DNA of 64,000 nucleotides, taken from NCBI GenBank assembly GCA_965215885.1, contig CBDCEW010000105.1, positions 192,001 through 256,000 of the forward strand, in the 5' to 3' direction. The notes beneath the pieces are model-generated. The model was given only the letters and a program-made list of their open reading frames with translations, did no database searches and was not told where the DNA came from. Origin of the DNA: Candidatus Moanibacter sp. Lineage in GTDB: Bacteria; Verrucomicrobiota; Verrucomicrobiia; Opitutales; UBA2987. Made by a program: the position numbers and the translations under genes. Positions 51,162 to 61,235 of the stretch are shown piece after piece (within the stretch, counting starts at the first letter, position 1; every line of letters begins with the position of its first letter).

Positions 51162-51507
51162 CACGATGGGAGAGGGAGATCCACTTCAATCTCCCCGTCG
51201 TCGTCATAATCGTAATCGAAAGTCGAAAAAGAGGAAGATCGACAGGAGATCACGATTGTTAGGCACGATGGGAGAGGGGGAACCGATGCGATTCCCGTCG
51301 TGATCATTATCGTGATCTAAAGTCGAAAAGAGGAAGATCGACAGGAGATTACGATTGTGAATCACGACGGAAGAGACGAATCCACTTCAATCTCCCTGTC
51401 GTGAATCATAATCGTAATCGAGAGTCGAAAAGAGGAAGATCGACTGGAGATCACGACTGAGACGCACGACGTTGGAAGCGAAAACTGATCAATCTTCCCG
51501 TCGTGAT
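51162..51507. repeat. ~100-bp composite palindromic unit, tandem x~3.4; related copies at ~32155-32225, ~39575-39650 and ~58098-58233
   Basis: Unit CACGATGGGAGAG..N..CTCCCCGTCGT..CATAATCGTAATCGAAAGTCGAAAAGAGGAAGATCGACAGGAGATCACGATTG starts at ~51162, 51264, 51363 and 51465. Confidence 0.88.
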
Positions 51508-51574
51508 CCAAATTTTGAGTTGTGATAATTTCGCGAACCCGGCACCTTAAGCTTTCCTGCCAACAATATTCATC

Positions 51575-52630
51575 ATGAACACATCAAAATTCACCCTTTC
51601 ACTCACCATTCTAATCTCTCTCCTTGGCGCTACCTCATCCCTTCCCGCAACCGGCCCGATTCCCGTCAAAGTGGCCGTGGTGGCAATGTACGAGGCCGGC
51701 GAATATACCGGTGATGCCCCCGGCGAATACCAATTCTGGATAGAGCGGGAAAACCTCAACAAGATATACTCCTTCCCCTTTGGCCCCCACGATCTGCGAA
51801 TGAATGACGCCGGACTCATGGGAGTCTGCACCGGACCGGGAGTCACGAATGCCGCAATGGTTATTTCGGCCCTCGGCCTGGATTCCCGCTTCGACTTTAG
51901 GAATACCTACTGGATTGTCTCCGGAATCGCCGGCGTGGACCCGGCAGACGCTTCCATCGGCTCCGCCGCCTGGGCGAACTGGGTCATTGAAGGCGATCTA
52001 TCCAAAGCGATCGACTCCAAGGAAGCGCCCGACGACTGGCCCTACGGTATTTTTCCCACCAACGGTAAGCGCCCTAACCAACTCGGCGACGGCTTCACCT
52101 ACAATAATATGGCATTTCGCTTGAATGCGTCCCTGGTCGACTGGGCCTACCAGCTGTCTAAAGACGTCGAGCTTATAGAACACCCGGAAACTGCTGAATT
52201 CCGCAAACTGTATGAAGGTATGCCCAACGCCTCCCGCCCTCCTTTCGTCTTGAAAGGTGACAGCTTTGGCTCCAACACCTATTGGCACGGCTCAATTCTC
52301 AACCAATGGGCAAATGACTGGACGAAACTCTACACCAACGGCGAAGGAAATTCTGTCATGACCAATATGGAGGACAACGGCACCCTGCGCGCCCTCCATC
52401 GGCTTGCCAAGATCGGCAGGGTCGACATCGATCGTGTTCTGGTCTTAAGAACCGCAAGCAACTACTCAGCGGAACCGCCCGGCGAGACTGCAGAGTGGAG
52501 CCTTACCGCCCCGTATCCCGCCAGTGGCCTCACCGCGAAAGAGGCCTGCTATCGCGTTGCCGCCCCCGTCGTCCACGCCCTCGTGGGTGGATGGGATAAG
52601 TATGAGGGCAAAATACCGGGAGATGATTGA
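51575..52630 (+). CDS. Purine nucleoside permease (NUP) family protein 1, signal peptide
   Basis: VKVAVVAMYE.GE..GDAPGEYQFW, LDSRFDF..TYWIVSGIAGVDP, YWHG, MEDNG, VLRTASNY. Confidence 0.88.
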   Translation: MNTSKFTLSLTILISLLGATSSLPATGPIPVKVAVVAMYEAGEYTGDAPGEYQFWIERENLNKIYSFPFGPHDLRMNDAGLMGVCTGPGVTNAAMVISALGLDSRFDFRNTYWIVSGIAGVDPADASIGSAAWANWVIEGDLSKAIDSKEAPDDWPYGIFPTNGKRPNQLGDGFTYNNMAFRLNASLVDWAYQLSKDVELIEHPETAEFRKLYEGMPNASRPPFVLKGDSFGSNTYWHGSILNQWANDWTKLYTNGEGNSVMTNMEDNGTLRALHRLAKIGRVDIDRVLVLRTASNYSAEPPGETAEWSLTAPYPASGLTAKEACYRVAAPVVHALVGGWDKYEGKIPGDD

Positions 52631-52924
52631 CCGGAATGGCACTAACCTAAGGGATAGTTACGGTGATCACCGATGTTCCCGATTCGGCCGCCCTCCGACA
52701 GAGCTCGGGGTCTTTGACAAGGGGCCTTCCCACAAAGACTTACGTCTGTCGTCGTAAGCTTGCTTGCGAGCGATTCTCGCCCTAAGTAAGTGCCATTCCC
52801 GCTTCGCTCCAAAGACCGAATCGCGAAACAGTTCGACCGTGCTCACCACAGGCGATCCGGCTACCTGAGAATCTGGATAATCGTTGCAGTCGACGCGCGG
52901 ATAGAAAATCTTAAACCGGCAGCC

Positions 52925-52960
52925 CTGACCTCTGACCTTCGACCTTTGACCTCTGACCTG
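52925..52960. repeat. Heptamer tandem repeat (TGACCT[C/T]) x5
   Basis: CTGACCTCTGACCTTCGACCTTTGACCTCTGACCTG directly before the second NUP start. Confidence 0.8.
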
Positions 52961-52962
52961 GA

Positions 52963-54024
52963 ATGAGAACCCTCTCCATACCACTTACTATTCTCCTGAC
53001 CGCTTGTGCATTGCACGCATCACAGGAAACCGAATCACCTCTTCCCATCAAGGTCGTCGTTGTCGCCATGTTCGAAGCGGGCGAGGACACCGGCGACCGC
53101 CCAGGAGAATTCCAACACTGGGTCGAGCGATATTCCCTTCCGGAAAAGATCCCGTTCCCACACGGTTATCGCGACCTGCGCTACAACGAGCGCGGCGTCC
53201 TCGGTGTCGTAACCGGAATCGGAACAGCTAGAGCCGCGTCGACAATCATGGCCCTCGGCATGGATCCACGATTCGACCTGACGAATGCCTACTGGCTCGT
53301 CGCCGGTATTTCCGGCGTCGATCCGGCTGACATGTCACTCGGATCAACCGCTTGGGCGGAGTGGCTTGTCGACGGAGATATCGCCCACCAGATCGACATT
53401 CGGGAAGCGCCCGAAGAATGGCCCACCGGCTATGTCCCGTTGCGCAAATCCGTGCCCTACGAGCGTCCGCGGAAGAAAGACGACGAAGGCGCCGTCTACA
53501 GACTCAACGCGAACCTCACTGAATGGGCCTACCAGCTGACGAAGGATACTCCGCTCAAAGATAATGAAGAGTTGCAAGTGCTGCGCTCGCGATATGTGAA
53601 CTTTTCCACCGCGAGGAAGCCACCTTTTGTCCTCAAAGGAGACAATATGGCCTCATCGACCTTCTGGCACGGTGCGCTTCTCACAAAATGGGCAAACGAC
53701 TGGATCGATTATTGGACCGGCGGCGAAGGGAACTTCGTCACTGCCGCAATGGAAGACACCGGCACGCACCAGTCCCTCAACTTTCTCGCTCAGGCGGGAA
53801 AAGTAGATCCTTCACGTCTCATGGTGCTACGATCAGCGAGCAATTTCGTCATGCCTTACGAAGGTCTCACCGCCGCCCAGAGTCTCGCGGGCGAAAAAAA
53901 GGATAAGGGATACTCCGCCTACTTCCCCGCCCTCGAAAACGCCTATCGCGTAGGAAGCAGAGTGGTCAACGAGTTGGTAGAGAACTGGGATACGTATGAA
54001 AACAATATCCCTCTCGGAGAGTGA
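52963..54024 (+). CDS. Purine nucleoside permease (NUP) family protein 2, signal peptide
   Basis: IKVVVVAMFEAGEDTGDRPGEFQHW, MDPRFDLTNAYWLVAGISGVDP, FWHG, AMEDTG, VLRSASNF. Confidence 0.9.
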   Translation: MRTLSIPLTILLTACALHASQETESPLPIKVVVVAMFEAGEDTGDRPGEFQHWVERYSLPEKIPFPHGYRDLRYNERGVLGVVTGIGTARAASTIMALGMDPRFDLTNAYWLVAGISGVDPADMSLGSTAWAEWLVDGDIAHQIDIREAPEEWPTGYVPLRKSVPYERPRKKDDEGAVYRLNANLTEWAYQLTKDTPLKDNEELQVLRSRYVNFSTARKPPFVLKGDNMASSTFWHGALLTKWANDWIDYWTGGEGNFVTAAMEDTGTHQSLNFLAQAGKVDPSRLMVLRSASNFVMPYEGLTAAQSLAGEKKDKGYSAYFPALENAYRVGSRVVNELVENWDTYENNIPLGE

Positions 54025-54747
54025 CAGAAATGTCGCGAAAAATTCACATCATCATGGCGCCCTTTGCGCTCGTTCCTCTTTTCGCTTTCCTATTATTATC
54101 CGCAACCACTCTCGGAGCTTTCGGCGCAAGCCCGATCAGCGAAACCGTTATCCTTCACACACAAACGATTTCGAAGGCGCTTTCGACCCGATTCCGACCT
54201 ATTGCCGAAACGACATCGACTACCTCGCTGGCGGTGCTCATCTTGTCGCGTTGGTTGAGCAGATCCGCAAGTGGGAGGAAATCTAATTTCTACGCCTCCT
54301 TTCTTAACGCGACTGTATTCCGCGAATCAGCCGCCGGTCCCATACTAAATGACAGCCTTCTGATGTATTTCTCTATCCATCCCGAACCGAAACATCCGAA
54401 GGGGGGACGATTGATCGCTGTGGAGAACGAGAGATCTTCGTTCTTTGAATGAATACTCCTCGTCCTGTTCAGTCCCGCCCTCGGCGCGCCGCTCCTTTCA
54501 GGATCAAACGAGTTTGAAACGTCCGCGCCAACCAGGATCGACCTTCCATACAGTAGTAGCGCGGTGCTTTAGCCCGCGGCGCGCGGTGGGTTTTCGAAGC
54601 CCAGTGTGCGGTGAGGTTTCAGGTCACTCCGGCCCCCGGCCGGCCGGCTGGCCTGGTCAGAAAGAGAGTGAATCCCGAGGTAGCGACAGGACGAAAAGCT
54701 TCCGCTTTCCGCTACACCTTTCCATCAGATTCGTAGCGGGAGCAATA

Positions 54748-55938
54748 CTGAAGTGCCTGGCCCTCATTGGATCTATTCTTCCTGCCGCGGTGGACGCCCA
54801 TCTTCTCAATATGACCCGCGTTTCCATTGACGCGGACTTGGAAAATCAAACCATCTTGATTCGAGCCGAAATTGATCTCACGCGCTCCCTGGGTGGTTCG
54901 GAACCCTACATCGAATTATGCAAGCTTCCCGCCGATCAAGCCAGTCTTCAAGTACTTCCCCTTCTTGAGGCAATACTCGCAAAGGTCCACCTGAAGTACG
55001 CGGGCACCATCATCGAACCCGAAATTGAACGATTCGCACTCCCGGCCATGGAACCGGAAGAATTCAGAAAGCGATATGCCGCTCCCATGACCTGGGTTTG
55101 GCTCACTGCGCCGATGCCGGAAACTGACGGTAGCCTCGTCCTATCGACGGATCCGGATATTCCGATTGAATTCCCACTCGCCCTCACAATCGGTCTACCG
55201 GCGGAAAAACGGTTTATGACGCGTTGGCTGGACGCGGGCCAGAGAAGTCAACCATTCGCGATTTCGAATTCGCGGGGTGCATCACGGCAAAATCAGCTTG
55301 CCAACGGAATCGCGGAACCGGCTCCCCCCACAGCCGAGCAGGAATCCACCATCGATTCCAGCCCGGAAGTGCACCGCGATACCTGGTACGATGTCGCCCT
55401 CCAATACGTAAATCTCGGAATTACACATATTATCCCAAAAGGTCTCGACCATATCCTCTTTATTCTGGGTCTTTTCCTTCTCGCCATCCGCTGGAAGCCC
55501 CTTCTTCTCCAGGTCACCTTCTTCACCGTGGCGCACTCCGTCACGCTCGCCTTGGCAGTTATTGGCTCCATCTCTTTTTCGGCCAAGGTGGTGGAACCCC
55601 TAATCGCCGTTTCCATCGCTTACGTCGGCATCGAGAACATCTGGATGGCGAGACTCAGCCGCTTTCGTCTCGGCGTTGTGTTTCTTTTCGGTCTTTTACA
55701 CGGCATGGGGTTTGCGCGGGTGCTTCTCAATCTGGGCCTTCCGAAAGGGGAATTTCTGACCGCTCTCGTCTTTTTCAATGTCGGAGTCGAAGTCGGCCAG
55801 ATCTGTGTCCTCGCCTTCGCTTTCCTTGCTCTTGGCTGGTTCCGTAATTGGAAAAATTACAAGAACGTTATCCTCATTCCAGGCTCGGCTATCGTCAGCT
55901 GCGTGGCCATCTACTGGACTTTCGAGAGGATCTTTTGA
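54748..55938 (+). CDS. HupE/UreJ-family metal-transporter-like membrane protein with N-terminal periplasmic domain
   Basis: AH after a signal-like segment; GITHIIPKGLDHILF, FTVAHSVTL, VEPLIAVSI, FGLLHGMGFA, FNVGVEVGQ. Start uncertain; the first ~100 codons of ORF 54445 run through repeats and are probably not coding. Confidence 0.85.
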   Translation: MKCLALIGSILPAAVDAHLLNMTRVSIDADLENQTILIRAEIDLTRSLGGSEPYIELCKLPADQASLQVLPLLEAILAKVHLKYAGTIIEPEIERFALPAMEPEEFRKRYAAPMTWVWLTAPMPETDGSLVLSTDPDIPIEFPLALTIGLPAEKRFMTRWLDAGQRSQPFAISNSRGASRQNQLANGIAEPAPPTAEQESTIDSSPEVHRDTWYDVALQYVNLGITHIIPKGLDHILFILGLFLLAIRWKPLLLQVTFFTVAHSVTLALAVIGSISFSAKVVEPLIAVSIAYVGIENIWMARLSRFRLGVVFLFGLLHGMGFARVLLNLGLPKGEFLTALVFFNVGVEVGQICVLAFAFLALGWFRNWKNYKNVILIPGSAIVSCVAIYWTFERIF

Positions 55939-55962
55939 ATCGATTCTGCTGAAAAAAAGCCC

Positions 55963-56035
55963 CCACGTTCTTGCGAACGCGGCTACGACCCTCCGTAAGT
56001 AGTTGATATTTGTAGCCGCGTTCGCAAGAACGTGG
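55963..56035. repeat. Inverted pair of GTAG-type REP elements (REPIN-like)
   Basis: CCACGTTCTTGCGAACGCGGCTAC, 25-nt spacer, GTAGCCGCGTTCGCAAGAACGTGG (perfect 24-bp arms, each internally palindromic). Confidence 0.85.
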
Positions 56036-56180
56036 TCGCGGATTCCGAAACGGGAACGTTTTCAGCGTAATCTGAATAGGAGAAATTTTCTCAAGGGCGT
56101 AGCACAGAAGGTAAGAGAATACCCTCTTTGCGTGTTAGGCGAAGAATACAAATGCACAAGTCCATCAACAGCCAACAAGA

Positions 56181-58073
56181 ATGAAAATCACAGTCCAATT
56201 CATCATTCCCATATTCCTCTCAGCTCTAGCTTTCGGCGAAGCCGAAAGCTCCGAAAGCTTCCAGTTCAGCGACGAGATTGTGACACGCCAGCTTCTCATG
56301 CGAGTCGCCCTGGAAGACGAGCGTTCCGATCTCATCATCAAAGGTGTTGAGCTTCTCAGTGTCCATACTCTTACCTGGAACAAGAACTGGGACATCGTGA
56401 TCAGGGGCGATCGTATCGCATGGATCGGCCCCTCAGGCGAATGGACGGGAGATGCCGACCGATCTGTAGACGCCACGGGTTTTTTCGCTGTCCCGGGGTT
56501 CGGTGAATCGCACAAGCACATTGAGAGTTCACACCTCACACCGGAGTTCGAGGCGTCCCTTGTCATTCCATTCGGAAACACATGGACTGTTGAGGGCTCG
56601 CACGAGTTCTCCAATGTTTCCGGAGAGCACAACATCGAATTCTGGTTAACGCCGCGCAAACATGGAAGTCCGCTCAAGATTTTCCCTGAATTGGGATCCG
56701 CTACGCCGCCCACCCCGTATGAATCCGGCGGCGGTTATTACGGCTACAAGGAGATTCGGGAGAATATGGCCAAAGACCCCTGGGTAATAGGCCTCGGTGA
56801 AGTCATGGATTGGCCGCGAGTTTGGAATACGAGCTTACCCGGCTCTGAGCGAATTTGGCAGGTCATTCAAGCCGCCATGGATGCGGGTGGCGTCGTTGAG
56901 GGGCACGGCGGAGGACTCGTGAAAATTGACGACATCAACGCCTTCGCCGCCGCCGGCCTGGAGAGCGATCACGAGGTCCGCCTCGCCGAAGAGGCATGGA
57001 ACAAAGTCAACCGCGGGATATTCCTCCAACTGCGGTATAATGCGCTGCCCCTCGTGATTCCCTATCTCATGGAGAAGGGGATCCGGGATTGGTCGCATCT
57101 GTCCATCACCACGGACGACCGAAACGCTGCCGCTTCCCTCGAACTGGGGACCAATAATTACAATATTAAGATCGCCATCGACGCAGGGGCTCCCGTTGAA
57201 GCGGCCTATGCCATGGCAACTCTCTATCCGGCCAAACATGCCGGAGTGGACAATATCGTAGGTTCAATTACTCCCGGCAGGTATGCCGATATCGTGCTTC
57301 TTCGAGATCCCAAAACCGTAGACATAGCGAAAGTTTATGCCGACGGTAAGCTCGCCGCCGAGGACGGACGATACCTCCTCGATGTGCCGAAGATCGATTG
57401 GCCCGACTGGGCGAGAAATACCATCAAATTCAACCGTCAGTTCACGGCCGCGGATTTCGTAATCAACGCTCCTTCGAATGCGGACGCGGTGCACGCCGCC
57501 GTCCTCAAGCCCTACCATTTTGAGGAGGACTTTCTCGTTGAAACGCTTTCCGTTCGTGACGGCAAAGTCTTTCCCGATGCAGATAAGGAACTCACAAAGC
57601 TCGCCGTTATTGACCGCTATAGTGGTAGCGGAGCGATCTCGAAGATGTTTTGGAAAGGAGTCGGTCCGAAGACACCTCGCTCCGCCCTTACCTGCTCCGT
57701 CGCTCACGATCTGCACAACCCCTGGGTAATCGGCAATGACGATGCCGCCATGGCCCTCGCCGTAAACGAACTCGCTAAAATGGGCGGAGGTTGGGTCCTT
57801 GTAAAGGGTGGCCAGGTGACCGCCAAAGTAAAATTCGAGATCGGCGGCCTCATGAGCGCGCGGCCTCCCCAGGAAGTGGCCGACGAACTGAACGAACTCT
57901 TCGCCGCCGCCGATACCATGGAATGGATAGGCCAACCCGGACTGCCGCGCCGAATGATTTTCGCGTTCCTCACCTGCACACCCTGGAAGTGGGTCATCGT
58001 TGCCCCTTTCGATGGCGCACCTCAAGGCCTCGTCAAGGTAACTACCGGTGAATCACACCCCGTGGTCTGGTAA
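56181..58073 (+). CDS. Adenine deaminase-like amidohydrolase with Sec signal peptide
   Basis: VPGFGESHKHIESSHL, HEFSNV, GLGEVMDWP, EGH, SDHE, TTDD, GRYADIV, SVAHDLHN, GGLMS; N-terminus MKITVQFIIPIFLSALAFG. Confidence 0.88.
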   Translation: MKITVQFIIPIFLSALAFGEAESSESFQFSDEIVTRQLLMRVALEDERSDLIIKGVELLSVHTLTWNKNWDIVIRGDRIAWIGPSGEWTGDADRSVDATGFFAVPGFGESHKHIESSHLTPEFEASLVIPFGNTWTVEGSHEFSNVSGEHNIEFWLTPRKHGSPLKIFPELGSATPPTPYESGGGYYGYKEIRENMAKDPWVIGLGEVMDWPRVWNTSLPGSERIWQVIQAAMDAGGVVEGHGGGLVKIDDINAFAAAGLESDHEVRLAEEAWNKVNRGIFLQLRYNALPLVIPYLMEKGIRDWSHLSITTDDRNAAASLELGTNNYNIKIAIDAGAPVEAAYAMATLYPAKHAGVDNIVGSITPGRYADIVLLRDPKTVDIAKVYADGKLAAEDGRYLLDVPKIDWPDWARNTIKFNRQFTAADFVINAPSNADAVHAAVLKPYHFEEDFLVETLSVRDGKVFPDADKELTKLAVIDRYSGSGAISKMFWKGVGPKTPRSALTCSVAHDLHNPWVIGNDDAAMALAVNELAKMGGGWVLVKGGQVTAKVKFEIGGLMSARPPQEVADELNELFAAADTMEWIGQPGLPRRMIFAFLTCTPWKWVIVAPFDGAPQGLVKVTTGESHPVVW

Positions 58074-58242
58074 ACGTTCGAAAGGTTGTTAGCTAATCCA
58101 TCTCCCCGTCGTCGTCATAATCTTAGTCGAAACTCGAAGATCGACGGGAGACAACGATTGAGCGGCACGATGGGAGAGTGGGATTCCGATTCGGTCTTCC
58201 CGTCGTGAATCATAATCGTAATCGAAAATCGAATTTCATCCT

Positions 58243-61213
58243 TCATCCTTTCCCCTCCCCCTTCTCCTTCGCTGCCGCCACCTTAAACGGCGCTGCAGTC
58301 CTTTGGGTTTTCTCGGCAAATCTATCACCGAGAATACGCGCAATATTGAGAAAGAGATGCGATGCCAGATAGGGCGAGAATCGTCTCAATGAGAGAATGA
58401 CTGAGGGAGCGTCCAAGGCCAGTAGCCGACTATCGGAGAGTGCCGTAATATCGGCCGTTCGGCGAATTTGGGAAACCAGCCCCACCTCACCGAAAACTTC
58501 TCCAAGCCTGAGTGTGGCGAGCTGCACACGATTGCTCCCTTCCGTAAAAGTCACTTCCAATTCACCGGCGATGATCACATACATCTTATTCCCCATATCG
58601 CCACGCCGGATAACGGTCTCCCCCTTCTTGAACTCCTCCACGTTTGATGCAAGAATCACTTTCTTAGCTTGCCATTTCGTCAACCCCTCAAAGAAAGGCG
58701 AACTTTCCAGAAGTCCGTACAAGCTCATCGACTCGCGCACGGCGAATGTTGAGTTCAAGAATGTCCCACAGAGTAACAATGCGGGTCTTTGCAAAGAATA
58801 CCGGCGTAATGATGAGATCACCCGCCAAAGCTAGCCAATCAGTAGCTTTCGGATAAGGTCTAGCTTGCCATTTCGTCAAGAAAGGCGAACTTTCCAGAAG
58901 CGCACGGCGAATGTTGAGTTCAAGAATGTCCCACAGAGTAACAATGCGGGTCTTTGCAAAGAATACCGGCGTAATGATGAGATCACCCGCCAAAGCTATT
59001 AGAACGACGCCGGCGCTTAGATATCCGAACTGCTGAACCGGCCCGAAACTGGAAAAAGCGAGGATCGAGAATCCTCCGGCCAGAGAAATCGAAGTGACAA
59101 GGATCGGCTTCAGCTCCGCCTTCAATGCGGCTTCTATTCCCTGGCGCTCATCCTTGAGCGATTTCAACTCCCTGTTGAATCGAACAAGGATATGGAGCGT
59201 ATCGTCGATCGCAAGCCCCAGAGTAATCGCGGCCACCATGCAGGTCCCCACGTTAAGCGAGACACCGATCAACCCCATGAACCCGAAGATCATAAAGATG
59301 GAAAAGAGATTAGCGACGAGGGTGAGGGCCCCACAGCGAAACGAGAGGAAGAGCGCGGAAACAATGACGAAGAGAACTAACGTCATGCTACCGAGCGACA
59401 AGATCTGCGCCTTGGTTATCGATTCGACCGCTGAAGCTGTAAGAACGGATTTGCCTGTCAGGGTGTATTTGAGAATCCCAAAACGTCCCGAATTGAGTTC
59501 CGCTCTCACCGCGCTCACCACGTTGTTAAATTCCGTGCTGTCATTGATATTGCACCGTATCACGATATTGGTCTCTGCATAATCGACCGATACATACGAC
59601 TCAAAGTCCTTAGGGTGAGCGAACAAGAGTAGCTGCGTAACGGCCGCTGACGTGTCCGGGATCGTGAAAAATGCTGGATCGCCCTCTCTCAATTGCTCGT
59701 TGATGCGAGAGACGACATCGGCAAATGAGATGGCGGAGTCCAGTTGATCGAGCGATCGAAGATAATCGGTGATAGCGTCTAGCCTTTTTAACTCAGCCGG
59801 CTGTAGAAAGCTGTCCGTAGTGCCGTGCAACGTCAGATAGATAAGCTTCGTTCCCGATAATTTCTCCGCCACTCGGTTGAGCTTTTGCACAACATGCGAC
59901 TCCGGGTTGAGAAACGAAACCAGGTCGTTGCTCAGTTTTATACGAGTGGATAGTGCCGTGGATATCGCCATGAAAGCGACAACAAGCCCGACCACGATGA
60001 GAATCCGCGGAACGATTCGATGCACGATCGCCCTGCTCAGATTCTCAGGATATCGCGATTCACTTCCCTCCTTTTCCGCTCCCAATACAAGCCTCCTGCC
60101 AAGCAGGCGAAGACAGGCGGGAAGAAAAAACACCGTTACGATAAACCGGGCGGTCATTCCGATCACGGCGGCGGTCCCGAATTCCCGCAGTATCGGCAGA
60201 TCGCTTATCGATGTGGCAGCGAATCCGAGGAATGTCGTCAAAGCAGTCAGCAACAACGCAAGAAAGAGCTCTTCGCCTGTCTTCTGCATCGCCTTGCTAC
60301 CATCTCCGGATTTCTTCAAGTTCTCCTGATACTCGTGGAGTATATGGACATCTTCGGTGGAGCCGATCACGAGAATCAAAACTGGAACGATGTAATTTAG
60401 AAAATTAACTGGAATCTGCAGGGTCGCCATCACTCCCAGCGTCCAAAAGGTTGCAATAGCAGCATTCACTGTCGGCAGTAGACCGAGTGCGATATTTCGC
60501 AGATTCAAAATCATCAAAATGACCAGCACGAGAGCCGCGAGGGGGAGAATGCGGATCTGATCGTAGCGAATATAGTCCGTCATCCACGTTTCAATCGCCG
60601 GACCTCCCACCTGGTAGAGTTCCTCAAAAGACTCTACATAGGGCTCGACCAGCTGTTGAATACGCTCATATATCTCCCGGTTTCCTGTTTCATCGAGGGC
60701 GCTCGGTCTGATATATACCGTGATAAGCGTATCCGTGCCGTCTTGCGATATGACGTTGCCAAGCAGGAGGGGATTCTCGACTGCCTGCTTCAACTTTCTC
60801 GATAACGCCTCCGGTTCTTCGGGAACCCGATGCAGGAGTGGCGCCGTCTCCAGGATACCATCGACGTCGCGAATATCGGGGAGAGTAAACAGGCTCTCAA
60901 CGCTCTGCACAAAGGGCAACCCCATCAGCTTGTCATTGAGTTCGCTCAACTCCAGCAAGCGCTCCCTCGTGAAAAGCGCTTCGTCCGCCGCGTAGACGGC
61001 CGCCATCTGATCCGATCCGAATCGATCCCGCGTCTCCTCATACTCCCTGAGGAGGGGACTATCTGGTTTAATCAGGCTGTCCGTAGAGACATCAAACCTG
61101 ACGTTCCTGGCAAAATATACGGCGAGGGCCGTAAGGAGAATCGTAACCGCGAATACAGCGTAACTCCAACGATATCCAAATACCAGAAAACGCCACATGC
61201 CTGCTTGATCCAC
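58243..61213 (-). pseudogene. MMPL/RND-family transporter with C-terminal cyclic-nucleotide-binding domain, disrupted by a mosaic duplication at 58665-58998
   Basis: Two TM bundles (IGSTEDVHI, GLAIDDTLH) and cNMP domain (VIRRGDMGNKMYVIIAGE, GEVFGEVGL, RRTAD). The segment LALAGDL..LLESSPF..KWQA occurs twice, interleaved with IS fragments. Confidence 0.8.
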
Positions 61214-61235
61214 CGAGGGAAAGCGGCTTCTTGCA

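Noticed and set aside
51162..51507. CRISPR array
   Set aside because: The units are ~100 bp and similar along most of their length, with degenerate repeats and related inter-repeat segments; no cas genes in the window.
53996..54452. ORFs between NUP2 and HupE/UreJ
   Set aside because: No recognisable family; possibly a decayed gene fragment, but unsupported.
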